Source: an uncultured Clostridia bacterium
Lineage (GTDB): Bacteria; Bacillota; Clostridia; Christensenellales; CAG-138
Direction of reading: 5' to 3'
Assembly (NCBI GenBank): GCA_937894955.1
Contig: CALAXO010000070.1
Coordinates: forward strand, 1-53,432
DNA: 53,432 bases
Part shown: positions 35,801 through 43,224 of the stretch, piece by piece
Layout: every line of letters starts with the position of its first letter
Position numbering within the stretch: position 1 is the first letter of the stretch
Program-made: the position numbers and the translations under genes
The notes under the pieces: generated by a model
What the model saw: the letters and a program-made list of their open reading frames with translations, nothing else
Database searches by the model: none
Told to the model about the DNA's origin: nothing

Positions 35801-37243
35801 TTATTTGTTCGTGAATTGACACATGCCTGGCAGCGAAAAAACGTTCCGGATCTTTCGGCAGACCTTTCGGAAGGGCTGCTTGCCATTGTGGATATACAGT
35901 ATTTAAGGTTTATCAGCAGGAATGGTTTGGCGGATGAAAGAACAAGCAAGCTGAACAGCTCCTATACGAGAGCAGGCACGGGATATAGGGAGATAGCCGG
36001 TAAACTAAAGGAAAACCCTAAGTACAGAAATAATCCGTTTTTGTATTTACGTGCAGCTGCTTCGGGAGAATTTTCGGATGAGCTTATCTCGGAGAAACCG
36101 CGAAAAAGGGAGATAGGGGAGGATATCTTCGGGAAAAAATATGAGCCAAAAGAATTTGACCGGGTTCTTGAAGGGCCCCCGGAGTATTTTTATCGCAATC
36201 GTTTGACATCCGCTCAGCAAATGCTTTATGATTCTATGATAGAAGCAATTATTCAGCATGCTGAGAGTGTGGATGCAAACGGACTGAAGGAAGGCAGTGT
36301 TTTAACGGTGTCTAAAGCGATAAGCTATGATCGTCCCGATTTGTTTTGGTACAATGACTGCGCATACATAGAAGATAAAATCCGTCTTAAGTACGGTGCC
36401 GGTAGGGAAGAACGGGAAACACTTCAAAAACAGATGGATGAGATGATTTCGAAATTTGTTGAAGACATTGATGACAAGATGAGCGCATATGATGCGGCAA
36501 TACGCATCTACGCAAAAGTTGTTAATGCAACGGATTACGATACCATTGCGCTTAACGAGCAGAAGGCTCAGGGCGGGCCGGCCAAGGATGAAATTGATTA
36601 TCTGAGAACAATATGCGGAGTTTTTATCAGAGGAACAGCAGTTTGCGAAGGATACGCGCGTGCGGTCGCATATTTGATGCAGAAATGCGGCATTGAGTGT
36701 GCCGAAACAGTCGGATATATAACAAAAGCCGACGGCGGGCAAGGAACGCCGCATGCATGGAACATTATTAAAATAGACGGCGAATACTACCATATGGATG
36801 CAACATGGGATGATTATTCCAATACGAATCAAGCGGTCAGGCATGATGAATTCGGATATAATTATTTCTGCATTACAACGGAAGAAATTCAAAGGACACG
36901 AAAAGTTGACCTTTGCCCGACGGATGTTCCGATTTGCTCGGCCGCGGCAGCAAACTACTATCATCATAATGCGTTGATATTAACGAAGTATGATTTGAAT
37001 GAAGTAAAACGGTTTGCCGCCGAGGCAGCGGAGCGGGGGCTTGATAAATTCTCGTTCAAATGCGGAAGTGTTGCGGTTTACAGAGAGGCCATAAACAGAT
37101 TGTTCGTGAGTTCGTCAGAAGGGTTTTCGGCTGTTGGTGCGGCAGCAAAGGCGAACAGAAAGATTGATGGCTCGACATATTCGTATTCATGGAATGCTGA
37201 AATACGCACAATAACCGTGAAATTCAAATTCAAAAACAGTTGA
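32837..37243 (+). CDS. Giant (~1470 aa) protein: unknown N-terminal ~1000 aa, CxxC...CxxC zinc ribbon, degenerate DA1-like metallopeptidase motif, C-terminal transglutaminase-like Cys-His-Asp core
   Basis: GAAAGGAAA RBS before the ATG at 32837 (ORF open from 32765). CDFCGKRARK...CDQCKKQ. RELTHAWQRK...SEGLL (35810-). GTAVCEGYARAVAYLMQ (Cys codon 36644-36646)...GTPHAWNIIKIDGEYYHMDATWDD. Confidence 0.8.
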   Translation: MEKQATIQRFDKNKVADLIIEAVEHNFGNSERKNKTYRNCIERLAECSKSAIINGNMFSAFSEYFIRYLFIVAARGDNIIFICNTDAEIELTYDFLVRKFSEITSLRCNDNTGEINLDDPIWKMIKIKGSGDNSEEASVDEKSILVTSLRYLSSSRFENDHKRFIHLIDTVVFIDTLETINKYNRQMTMFSTRVKHIAETNECLARNGGRNEGFRLRYMARPIKYICFDDSRTPGLDKVLKNLTAEEFESLDAMQYNPNAVVRCYNYDGCKDIGGRVVVPQFVNTNEELGPMMNIALMCLKKGAKSVAVFADEDIPYENIKESIAANAGDMKIGEKQFRLNSAACDARDYSVIIAMDSEENLPRTLRKYISLTASEKTLIIIFSKPYMLRDFYYANIDEIWSRIQLARIPVETGTKKDFAQKLLIRASSGGMIVDEIFRSALNVNTNDYREMVNRQDVVSILADVLDIYGVLNVDEKADDEKAKLRYREQVLKIFEFRHDCVFGYDGKFCSEDRVFLRTEGELYDLINGRDMASLILDGSDKTETIPLPRARITQNYIAGQNLVFNGNIYTIRNIDTEKGILYVRLAFGGINTEVHQYIQKREYIIRLDGESAAVLANNVIVLNGANNGEIAVEQAWISVFRAPTEVITHGYYEVSSRSFAQNNNNQNYHIIDGEGDSLAQRSYRQYGKVVEPYYKSKPAVAGNKGALMMTIRLKGKLGEKPERIANLAAAMIREIIRSMFPSVADSVAVCVSQQTEACDTVDIGRPKLTVKGKNNIFNKEDFEITLIEDSVTELGVISALSASGEDTLKTLFTPIDEYLEWYLKSEKKSDYLYYGSDREPAGFDFVSLSKLAALLADRDHELRFGRLHEHTTNRNCDFCGKRARKNERLDRLSDGRKICDQCKKQIVTGNKRELKEHAAAAKLFLESNYGIRIDNEYAVCFDSAERILQEIKAKGDTEYKGDIPLFSFFKKKRVHVEKGLPSANLTELFVRELTHAWQRKNVPDLSADLSEGLLAIVDIQYLRFISRNGLADERTSKLNSSYTRAGTGYREIAGKLKENPKYRNNPFLYLRAAASGEFSDELISEKPRKREIGEDIFGKKYEPKEFDRVLEGPPEYFYRNRLTSAQQMLYDSMIEAIIQHAESVDANGLKEGSVLTVSKAISYDRPDLFWYNDCAYIEDKIRLKYGAGREERETLQKQMDEMISKFVEDIDDKMSAYDAAIRIYAKVVNATDYDTIALNEQKAQGGPAKDEIDYLRTICGVFIRGTAVCEGYARAVAYLMQKCGIECAETVGYITKADGGQGTPHAWNIIKIDGEYYHMDATWDDYSNTNQAVRHDEFGYNYFCITTEEIQRTRKVDLCPTDVPICSAAAANYYHHNALILTKYDLNEVKRFAAEAAERGLDKFSFKCGSVAVYREAINRLFVSSSEGFSAVGAAAKANRKIDGSTYSYSWNAEIRTITVKFKFKNS

Positions 37244-37272
37244 CTTTTAAAAGATTGAAGGAAGATTAAATC

Positions 37273-37608
37273 ATGAAAAGATTGGTTTCGGTTGCAATTA
37301 TTGTTTTTATGCTTGCGATCTGCGCATGTTCCCCGGCAAAAAGAATTGTTGGGGAGTGGAAAACGCAAAGCACAGTGCTTGGAGTAGTTGTGGAAACGAC
37401 TTATGTCTTTGATGAAGACGGAACAGGCAAGAAATGCGGAGCCGCCGAAATGCCGTTTACATACGAGGTTCAAGACAATAAACTGTTGATAACAACAAGC
37501 ATCATAGGCGTTGATGTTTCAAAAAAAGAGTATTCCATTGATTTTAAAGGGAATACGATTATACTTACAGACGAAAATGAAACCATTGAACTCATAAAGA
37601 AAAAGTGA
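37273..37608 (+). CDS. Small lipoprotein, lipocalin-like (family I recall as DUF5640)
   Basis: GAAGGAAG RBS and lipobox LAICAC. GEWKTQ...YVFDEDGTG...FTYEVQDNKLLIT...YSIDFKGNTIILTD pattern. Confidence 0.65.
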   Translation: MKRLVSVAIIVFMLAICACSPAKRIVGEWKTQSTVLGVVVETTYVFDEDGTGKKCGAAEMPFTYEVQDNKLLITTSIIGVDVSKKEYSIDFKGNTIILTDENETIELIKKK

Positions 37609-37653
37609 TAAAATCAGTCTTGATAATCTCAACATAAAAACATAGGGGGAGTA

Positions 37654-40600
37654 ATGGAAGAACTTGAGTACAGTCCTCTTCTGAGAAGACTTATTGAGAA
37701 AGCAACAGAACTTGACGGCGAACCGAATCATAAGTTAACAGCAGAGGGCTTTATTGCGGCAGTCGTTTGCTATGTCAGAGATGTAAGCGATCCGGACAGC
37801 CAAAGACTGAAGAACATGCTGAAGCTGAAACTTCCGACAGCGATAAGCGATCCAAACGATATTGCAACAGACTTCATTTTGCATGCTACCGGTAAAGCCA
37901 CACCCGAGTCAAGGCGCATTGACGAAAGCTATATTGAAGGATGTCTTAAAAAGGCGCGCTGCATTGCGGCGAGCGAGGGTTCGGGAGAGGTGCATGCGTA
38001 CCGGCTGCTGAAATGTATCCTTGACGAGCCGAACGACTTTATACGTAACTATATAGTTTTCGATGATCTCTCCGAGACGGAGCAGACAGTGCCCGGCATA
38101 CAAACGCTCGAGGATGCTTACACACGAATATTCGGCAGCGACACTGCTGAGGCACAAAAATCATCCCACAGCGGAGAATGCAAGAAGGAGACTCGAAAAG
38201 AGGCACAAAAAAGTATTGCGGATATAATAAAAAGGACTAAGCTGATTCAGGAGTATCTGAGTGAGAGAGTCTTTGGTCAGGATAATGCGGTAAGTGTATT
38301 CGTTGAGGGATATTTTCGCGCGGAGCTTTCGTCACTGACGGACAAAAGCAGCAATCGACCGCGAGCAACCTTTTTGTTTGCCGGCCCTCCGGGAGTTGGC
38401 AAAACCTTCCTTGCAGAAAAGGCTGCTGAAGCTATCAGCTATGTGGAAGAAAAAGAAATTCCGTTTGTTCGATTCGATATGAGTGAATACTGCGACAAAG
38501 AGTCCTCGCTTGAATTCATTGGCAGTGACGGTGTTTACAAGGGTTCAAAATCGGGCAATTTTACGAGCTTTGTGGAAAAGAATCCGCGCTGCTTAATTCT
38601 TTTGGACGAGGTTGAAAAGGCGCACATTTCAATCATCCATTTATTCCTTCAAATTTTAGATGCAGGAAGGATACGAGACAGCAAAACGGACGAAGAAGTA
38701 TCCCTTGCGAGCGCAATAATGGTTTTTACAACCAATGTGGGCAAACAGCTTTACGAAAACTCCGAGTCGATTGATTTTTCGATTTTGCCGCGCAAAGTAA
38801 TTTTAAAGGCATTGCAAAAGGACGTTGAACCAAACACGAAAATGCCGTATTTCCCTGCTGCGATATGCTCAAGATTTGCGTCGGGAAATGTTGTTATGTT
38901 CAACCATATTCGGGCGCACGAACTTTGGGAAATGACAAAACGCGAAGTGTTAAGGAGTGCTGAGTCTTTTACAAAGAGAACCGGAATTGGGGTCTCTGTA
39001 GACGAAAAGGCATACACTGCGCTGCTTTTGGCAGAGGGAGGAGCAGCAGATGCACGTGCAGTAACATCACAGGCAAGGACATTTCTGAATAACGAGATAT
39101 ACGAGATGTTTAGATTGCTGAGCTCTGACCGGAGCAAAACAGGTATCGGAAAGCTCGAGGAAATTTCGATTGAAGTCGATTTGAAGTCCGACAACGATGA
39201 AATTAACTGTTTGTTTAACAATACAGAAATGCAGAACGCTATGATGGTATCAACATCGGACATTATTGAAGAGTGCATGAAACAATCTTCGGGTGTTGTT
39301 TTCTTGGGTGCTGAGGATATAAAAAGTGCAAAAAACATCGTCCACAATAACGAGCTAAGCTTTGCCGTTGTAGATTTATCGTTGAGAGAGCGCGGCAACT
39401 CGGAACTGCTGAATCAGGAAGACATTGAATCGACAGGCAGGGATATTTTTTGGTATCTCCGCGAGAACCTGCCGAACCTGCCGATATATGTCCTTGAAAA
39501 GAACTCCCAAACACTGAGTAAAGAAGAAAAGCGTTCTTTGCTTAAACAGGGAATAAGAGGAATCTTGCGGATTGGTGATGATGCAGCAACCTTTGACAGA
39601 AGCATTGAAGATATATGCGTTCGGGTGCATCAGCAAAAAAGTATGAATATGCTGGCAAGAGCGAACAAACTTATCTCGTTTGAAACATCACAGAAGGTGA
39701 GTGAGGACGGAAAACATGCAGTAATAACCTTGTTTGATTTTGAAACGGAGACCGCAATAGAAGCTGAGGATTCAAGCAATATAATGAGTACTGTTTCAAG
39801 GCCAAACATACGTTTTGATCACGTTATCGGAGCGGAAGATGCAAAGAAAGAACTGAAGTACTTTGTTGAATACCTGAAAAATCCCGGAAAATTTATCGGT
39901 ACAGGAGTAAGTGCACCCAAAGGAGTAATTCTTTACGGCCCTCCGGGCACGGGCAAAACAATGCTTGCAAAGGCAATGGCAGGTGAGTCGAATGCAACAT
40001 TCCTTTTTGCGGAGGGAAATCAGTTTTTAAGCAGATATGTGGGTGGCGGTTCCGAAAAGGTTCACGAGCTTTTTCGGACAGCACGTAAATACGCACCGTC
40101 CATTCTGTTCATCGACGAAATCGATGCTATTGCAAAAGAACGCCGAGGAGAAGATCGAACAGGAGCAGAGGCAACGTTGACGGCGTTCCTTACGGAGATG
40201 GATGGGTTCAATAAGGATCTTTCAAAACCTGTATTTGTTCTTGCGGCAACTAATTTTGATGTTGAATCCGGCGGAAGCAAAAGTCTTGACCCTGCGCTCA
40301 TGCGCAGATTTGACCGAAGAGTTTTAATTGATCTTCCCAACAAAGCAGAACGACGCACATATCTCAAAATGAAAATAAATAAAAACAATGTTTTTAACGT
40401 GTCTGACAGTAAACTTGAAAACATTGTTGTGCGCTCAACCGGCATGAGTCTTGCTGCACTGGAATCAGTTGCGGAACTCGCTTTGAGAATGGCAATTCGT
40501 AACGGAGAAATGAAAGTAACGAATGAAGTTTTCGAAAAGGCGTTTGAAACATTTAACAGCGGGGAATCCCAAAAATGGGATAGTGCAACGCTTGAACGCG

Positions 40601-41124
40601 TAGCTCGACATGAAGCCGGTCATGCGTTTCTTTGCTGGCAAGGCGGTGAAACCCCATCATATGTTACAGTGGTTGCAAGAGCGAATCATGGCGGTTATAT
40701 GCAGCGCGGTGACAACGAGGAAAAACCAATTTACACAAAGCGTGAATTGATTGGAAGGATCCGAACATCTCTTGGCGGGCGTGCGGCTGAGATGGTTTAT
40801 TACGGCAACGAAGACGGAATTTCAACCGGCGCAGCGGGAGACTTGGAAACTGCAACATCCTTGTCAAAGCGCTTGATATGCAGTTACGGCATGGTTGAAG
40901 AGTTCGGCCTTGCAGCAGTAGATCCGAATTCAGCGAGCGGTGAGCTTTCGAACGAGATAAGAAAAAGTATTAACAACATACTGGACATTGAGCTGAAGAA
41001 GGCAATACGAATTATCAGCGAGAATCGGGAAGCCGTAGACAAGCTTGTTGAAAAATTGCTCAAAGATGATTATGCTGCCGGGGACGAAATAGACGCGATT
41101 TTCGCATCGTGCATTAAGGGTTAA
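37654..41124 (+). CDS. TM-less fusion protease: Clp-N-like region + ClpA/B D2-type AAA+ module + receiver-like spacer + FtsH-type AAA+ module + M41 zinc peptidase
   Basis: First module: Walker A FAGPPGVGKT, Walker B LILLDEVEKAH, LLQILDAGRIRD. Second module: LYGPPGTGKTMLAKAMAGE and ILFIDEIDAI. HEAGH at 40609-40623. No hydrophobic N-terminal helices, unlike canonical FtsH. Confidence 0.85.
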   Translation: MEELEYSPLLRRLIEKATELDGEPNHKLTAEGFIAAVVCYVRDVSDPDSQRLKNMLKLKLPTAISDPNDIATDFILHATGKATPESRRIDESYIEGCLKKARCIAASEGSGEVHAYRLLKCILDEPNDFIRNYIVFDDLSETEQTVPGIQTLEDAYTRIFGSDTAEAQKSSHSGECKKETRKEAQKSIADIIKRTKLIQEYLSERVFGQDNAVSVFVEGYFRAELSSLTDKSSNRPRATFLFAGPPGVGKTFLAEKAAEAISYVEEKEIPFVRFDMSEYCDKESSLEFIGSDGVYKGSKSGNFTSFVEKNPRCLILLDEVEKAHISIIHLFLQILDAGRIRDSKTDEEVSLASAIMVFTTNVGKQLYENSESIDFSILPRKVILKALQKDVEPNTKMPYFPAAICSRFASGNVVMFNHIRAHELWEMTKREVLRSAESFTKRTGIGVSVDEKAYTALLLAEGGAADARAVTSQARTFLNNEIYEMFRLLSSDRSKTGIGKLEEISIEVDLKSDNDEINCLFNNTEMQNAMMVSTSDIIEECMKQSSGVVFLGAEDIKSAKNIVHNNELSFAVVDLSLRERGNSELLNQEDIESTGRDIFWYLRENLPNLPIYVLEKNSQTLSKEEKRSLLKQGIRGILRIGDDAATFDRSIEDICVRVHQQKSMNMLARANKLISFETSQKVSEDGKHAVITLFDFETETAIEAEDSSNIMSTVSRPNIRFDHVIGAEDAKKELKYFVEYLKNPGKFIGTGVSAPKGVILYGPPGTGKTMLAKAMAGESNATFLFAEGNQFLSRYVGGGSEKVHELFRTARKYAPSILFIDEIDAIAKERRGEDRTGAEATLTAFLTEMDGFNKDLSKPVFVLAATNFDVESGGSKSLDPALMRRFDRRVLIDLPNKAERRTYLKMKINKNNVFNVSDSKLENIVVRSTGMSLAALESVAELALRMAIRNGEMKVTNEVFEKAFETFNSGESQKWDSATLERVARHEAGHAFLCWQGGETPSYVTVVARANHGGYMQRGDNEEKPIYTKRELIGRIRTSLGGRAAEMVYYGNEDGISTGAAGDLETATSLSKRLICSYGMVEEFGLAAVDPNSASGELSNEIRKSINNILDIELKKAIRIISENREAVDKLVEKLLKDDYAAGDEIDAIFASCIKG

Positions 41125-41134
41125 TATAATAAAC

Positions 41135-41185
41135 ATTGCGAGACAGCCTTGATGAATGCCCGGATGGGACGGGCTGTCTCGCAAT
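41135..41185 (+). terminator. Long perfect hairpin after the protease gene (terminator-like, no T-tract)
   Basis: 14-bp stem ATTGCGAGACAGCC (41135-41148) / GGCTGTCTCGCAAT (41172-41185). Confidence 0.4.
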
Positions 41186-41293
41186 TACGGAGAAAATGCC
41201 ACGCCATGGCAGCAAGGCAATGCTGACAGCAATGAAATGATATTAAACGATGCCGTTTGCTGAACGAATGACAACTGAATGCGGATAATAAAC

Positions 41294-41321
41294 GAAACAG
41301 CCGTCGCACGACGGCTGTTTT
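41294..41321. terminator. Bidirectional rho-independent terminator
   Basis: ACAGCCGTCG (41297-41306) / CGACGGCTGT (41309-41318), with TTTT on plus and a T-rich run on minus. It sits between the island and the tRNA-Arg 3' end. Confidence 0.6.
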
Positions 41322-41397
41322 GGCATCCCCGGCGCGATTCGAACGCGCGACCTTCCGCTTAGGAGGCGGACGCTCTATCCTGCTGAGCTACGGAGAC
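41321..41397 (-). tRNA. tRNA-Arg (anticodon CCT)
   Basis: Minus strand reads GTCTCCGTAGCTCAGCAGGATAGAGCGTCCGCCTCCTAAGCGGAAGGTCGCGCGTTCGAATCGCGCCGGGGATGCCA. It folds as a cloverleaf with anticodon loop CTCCTAA, a GTTCGAATC T-loop and an encoded CCA. Confidence 0.85.
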
Positions 41398-41411
41398 ATT
41401 TACCAACAATT

Positions 41412-41440
41412 ATTCTATCTTATTTTTGAGAAAGAGTCAA
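41412..41440 (-). promoter_or_regulatory. Promoter for tRNA-Arg (TTGACT, 17 bp, TAGAAT on minus strand)
   Basis: The reverse complement of 41435-41440 is TTGACT and of 41412-41417 is TAGAAT, about 14 nt upstream of the tRNA 5' end. Confidence 0.45.
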
Positions 41441-41572
41441 TCACTTTATGCGGGCAGGGTGAAATATATCTTGGAGACGGCGCCGGGTACCGATATTTTT
41501 CGGACGGCAGCCGAAGAAGACGGCAGCCCGGGGTGCAATTTTCTGCTTTTGAGGAGAAAAATCGGGTTCCTC

Positions 41573-41600
41573 TTGAAAATAGAAAAAGAAATGGTAGAAT
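41573..41600 (+). promoter_or_regulatory. Promoter (TTGAAA, 16 bp, TGgTAGAAT) for the RpiR gene
   Basis: TTGAAA at 41573-41578 and TAGAAT at 41595-41600 with TG upstream. Confidence 0.4.
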
Positions 41601-41641
41601 ATTGGATAAAGGACATAAAAGTGTTTAAGGAGGTGCAAAAC

Positions 41642-42457
41642 ATGCCGGCGAGGACAAAAATCATTGCGGCGTACCCATCGCTTTCACCTGCGGAGCGGCA
41701 GGCGGCGGACTTTATCCTTTCCGATCCGGATGCGGTTCCGCATCTTTCGATAAAGCAGATTGCGGCGCGGGCGGGGGTCAGTATGCCGACCGTGACGCGG
41801 CTTGTACGGCGGGCGGGCTACAGCGGTTTTACGGAGCTGCGAATTGCGCTTGCCGGAAGTTTTACCAAAAATAAACCGGTTGCATCGGGCGATGATGACG
41901 GCGAGTTTTTCAGCAAATTGATGCTCGGCCAGATGCGTTCGGTCGAGGCAGCACTTAAGGCTGCGGATGAGGAAGGAATTTGCGCACTTGCCAAACGGCT
42001 TGTGACGAGCACGGGGTGTGTGCTGCTGTGCGGTGCGGGAGCAGCGGCGGGGATTGCCGAAAGTGCGGGCAGTGCACTTGTCGAACTCGGAATCCGTGCG
42101 GTTTGCCCGCAAAAACCCGAAACCCGGGCGGCATATTCCGCGCTGCTCGGTGAAGGAGACATTCTGTTCTGCATCCGTTCCGAAGGAAGCAGGGAAAGCG
42201 CGCAGCAACTGGCGGAATGCATTCGAACGGCAAAAAAGGGTGGTGCGTACACTGTTTTTGTTTGCAATGAGCCTTGCATTTCGGCGGAGAGCGAAGCGGA
42301 TTGCAGCATTTGCACAACATGCGAAAGCGATATTCGCGGACTTTTGGGCTATGCAACATCGGCATCGCTTGTTGCTTTTACGGAAGCTTTATTCGCGCTC
42401 ACGGCGCGATATGCGGGAAAAATTCCGGAGAATGCATACCGGGGAAGAATGCAGTGA
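41642..42457 (+). CDS. RpiR/MurR-family transcriptional regulator (HTH_6 + SIS domain)
   Basis: AAGGAGG RBS before the ATG at 41642. LSPAERQAADFILSDPDAVPHLSIKQIAARAGVSMPTVTRLVRRAGYSGFTELRIALA is followed by a SIS-like region. Confidence 0.85.
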   Translation: MPARTKIIAAYPSLSPAERQAADFILSDPDAVPHLSIKQIAARAGVSMPTVTRLVRRAGYSGFTELRIALAGSFTKNKPVASGDDDGEFFSKLMLGQMRSVEAALKAADEEGICALAKRLVTSTGCVLLCGAGAAAGIAESAGSALVELGIRAVCPQKPETRAAYSALLGEGDILFCIRSEGSRESAQQLAECIRTAKKGGAYTVFVCNEPCISAESEADCSICTTCESDIRGLLGYATSASLVAFTEALFALTARYAGKIPENAYRGRMQ

Positions 42458-42479
42458 GCAGCTGAAAGGAAAAAATAAA

Positions 42480-43181
42480 ATGAGAATCATTGAGGATTTG
42501 CATACACATACATATTACAGCCACGGTAAAAACGGCCCGCGCGACAATGTGCTTCGGGCGTTGGAACTCGGACTTGAGGCGGTTGCGGTCAGCGAACATG
42601 CGGGCGGCAACATGTATTACGGTGTCCGCGGGAAAAAACTGGAGCGGTTGAACACGGAGCTTGCGGAACTGCGTCGGGAGTTTGACGGACGTATCCGCGT
42701 GCTGCGCGGTTTGGAATGCAACGTAATGAATTTCGGTGAAAGCGATATCCCGAAGGATCGCAGCGAATATGATGTCATTATTCTTGGGTACCACAAGGGA
42801 ATTCCGCCGGTGAACAGATTTGCGCAGCATATCCTTTTCGAAAGTTTCGGCGGGAAATCGACTCCGCGGCGCAACACCGAATCGCTCATGGCGGCGGCGG
42901 AAAAGGGCCATGCAGATATTATTTCGCACCCGAACCTTTATTTGACTCTGGACATTCCGTATCTTGCGGACTGCGCAAGGCAGCTTGGCATTTTGCTGGA
43001 AATAAACTCCTCGCATGTAAGCCTGACCCCGGAGGAGATAAAAACGATACACGAACACGGTGCGGGGCTTATCATCGGCAGCGATGCTCACGTCAGCTCC
43101 CGTGTCGGTGATTTTGCAAACGGAATCGAATCCGCAAAACAGGCGGGAGTTTTGAATTCGGTTGTTAATATTGAATTATAA
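42480..43181 (+). CDS. PHP-domain phosphoesterase (histidinol-phosphatase-like family)
   Basis: MRIIEDLHTHTYYSHG...AVSEHA...GLECN...ISHPN...IGSDAHV is the PHP metal-ligand pattern. Confidence 0.8.
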   Translation: MRIIEDLHTHTYYSHGKNGPRDNVLRALELGLEAVAVSEHAGGNMYYGVRGKKLERLNTELAELRREFDGRIRVLRGLECNVMNFGESDIPKDRSEYDVIILGYHKGIPPVNRFAQHILFESFGGKSTPRRNTESLMAAAEKGHADIISHPNLYLTLDIPYLADCARQLGILLEINSSHVSLTPEEIKTIHEHGAGLIIGSDAHVSSRVGDFANGIESAKQAGVLNSVVNIEL

Positions 43182-43224
43182 TGCAGAATGCACGGTGTAT
43201 CCCGATGTCCGAAAGTACGGAGGC

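Noticed and set aside
41320-41628. 102-aa + strand ORF
   Set aside because: Its 5' part is the antisense of tRNA-Arg and the rest is promoter/leader of the RpiR gene.
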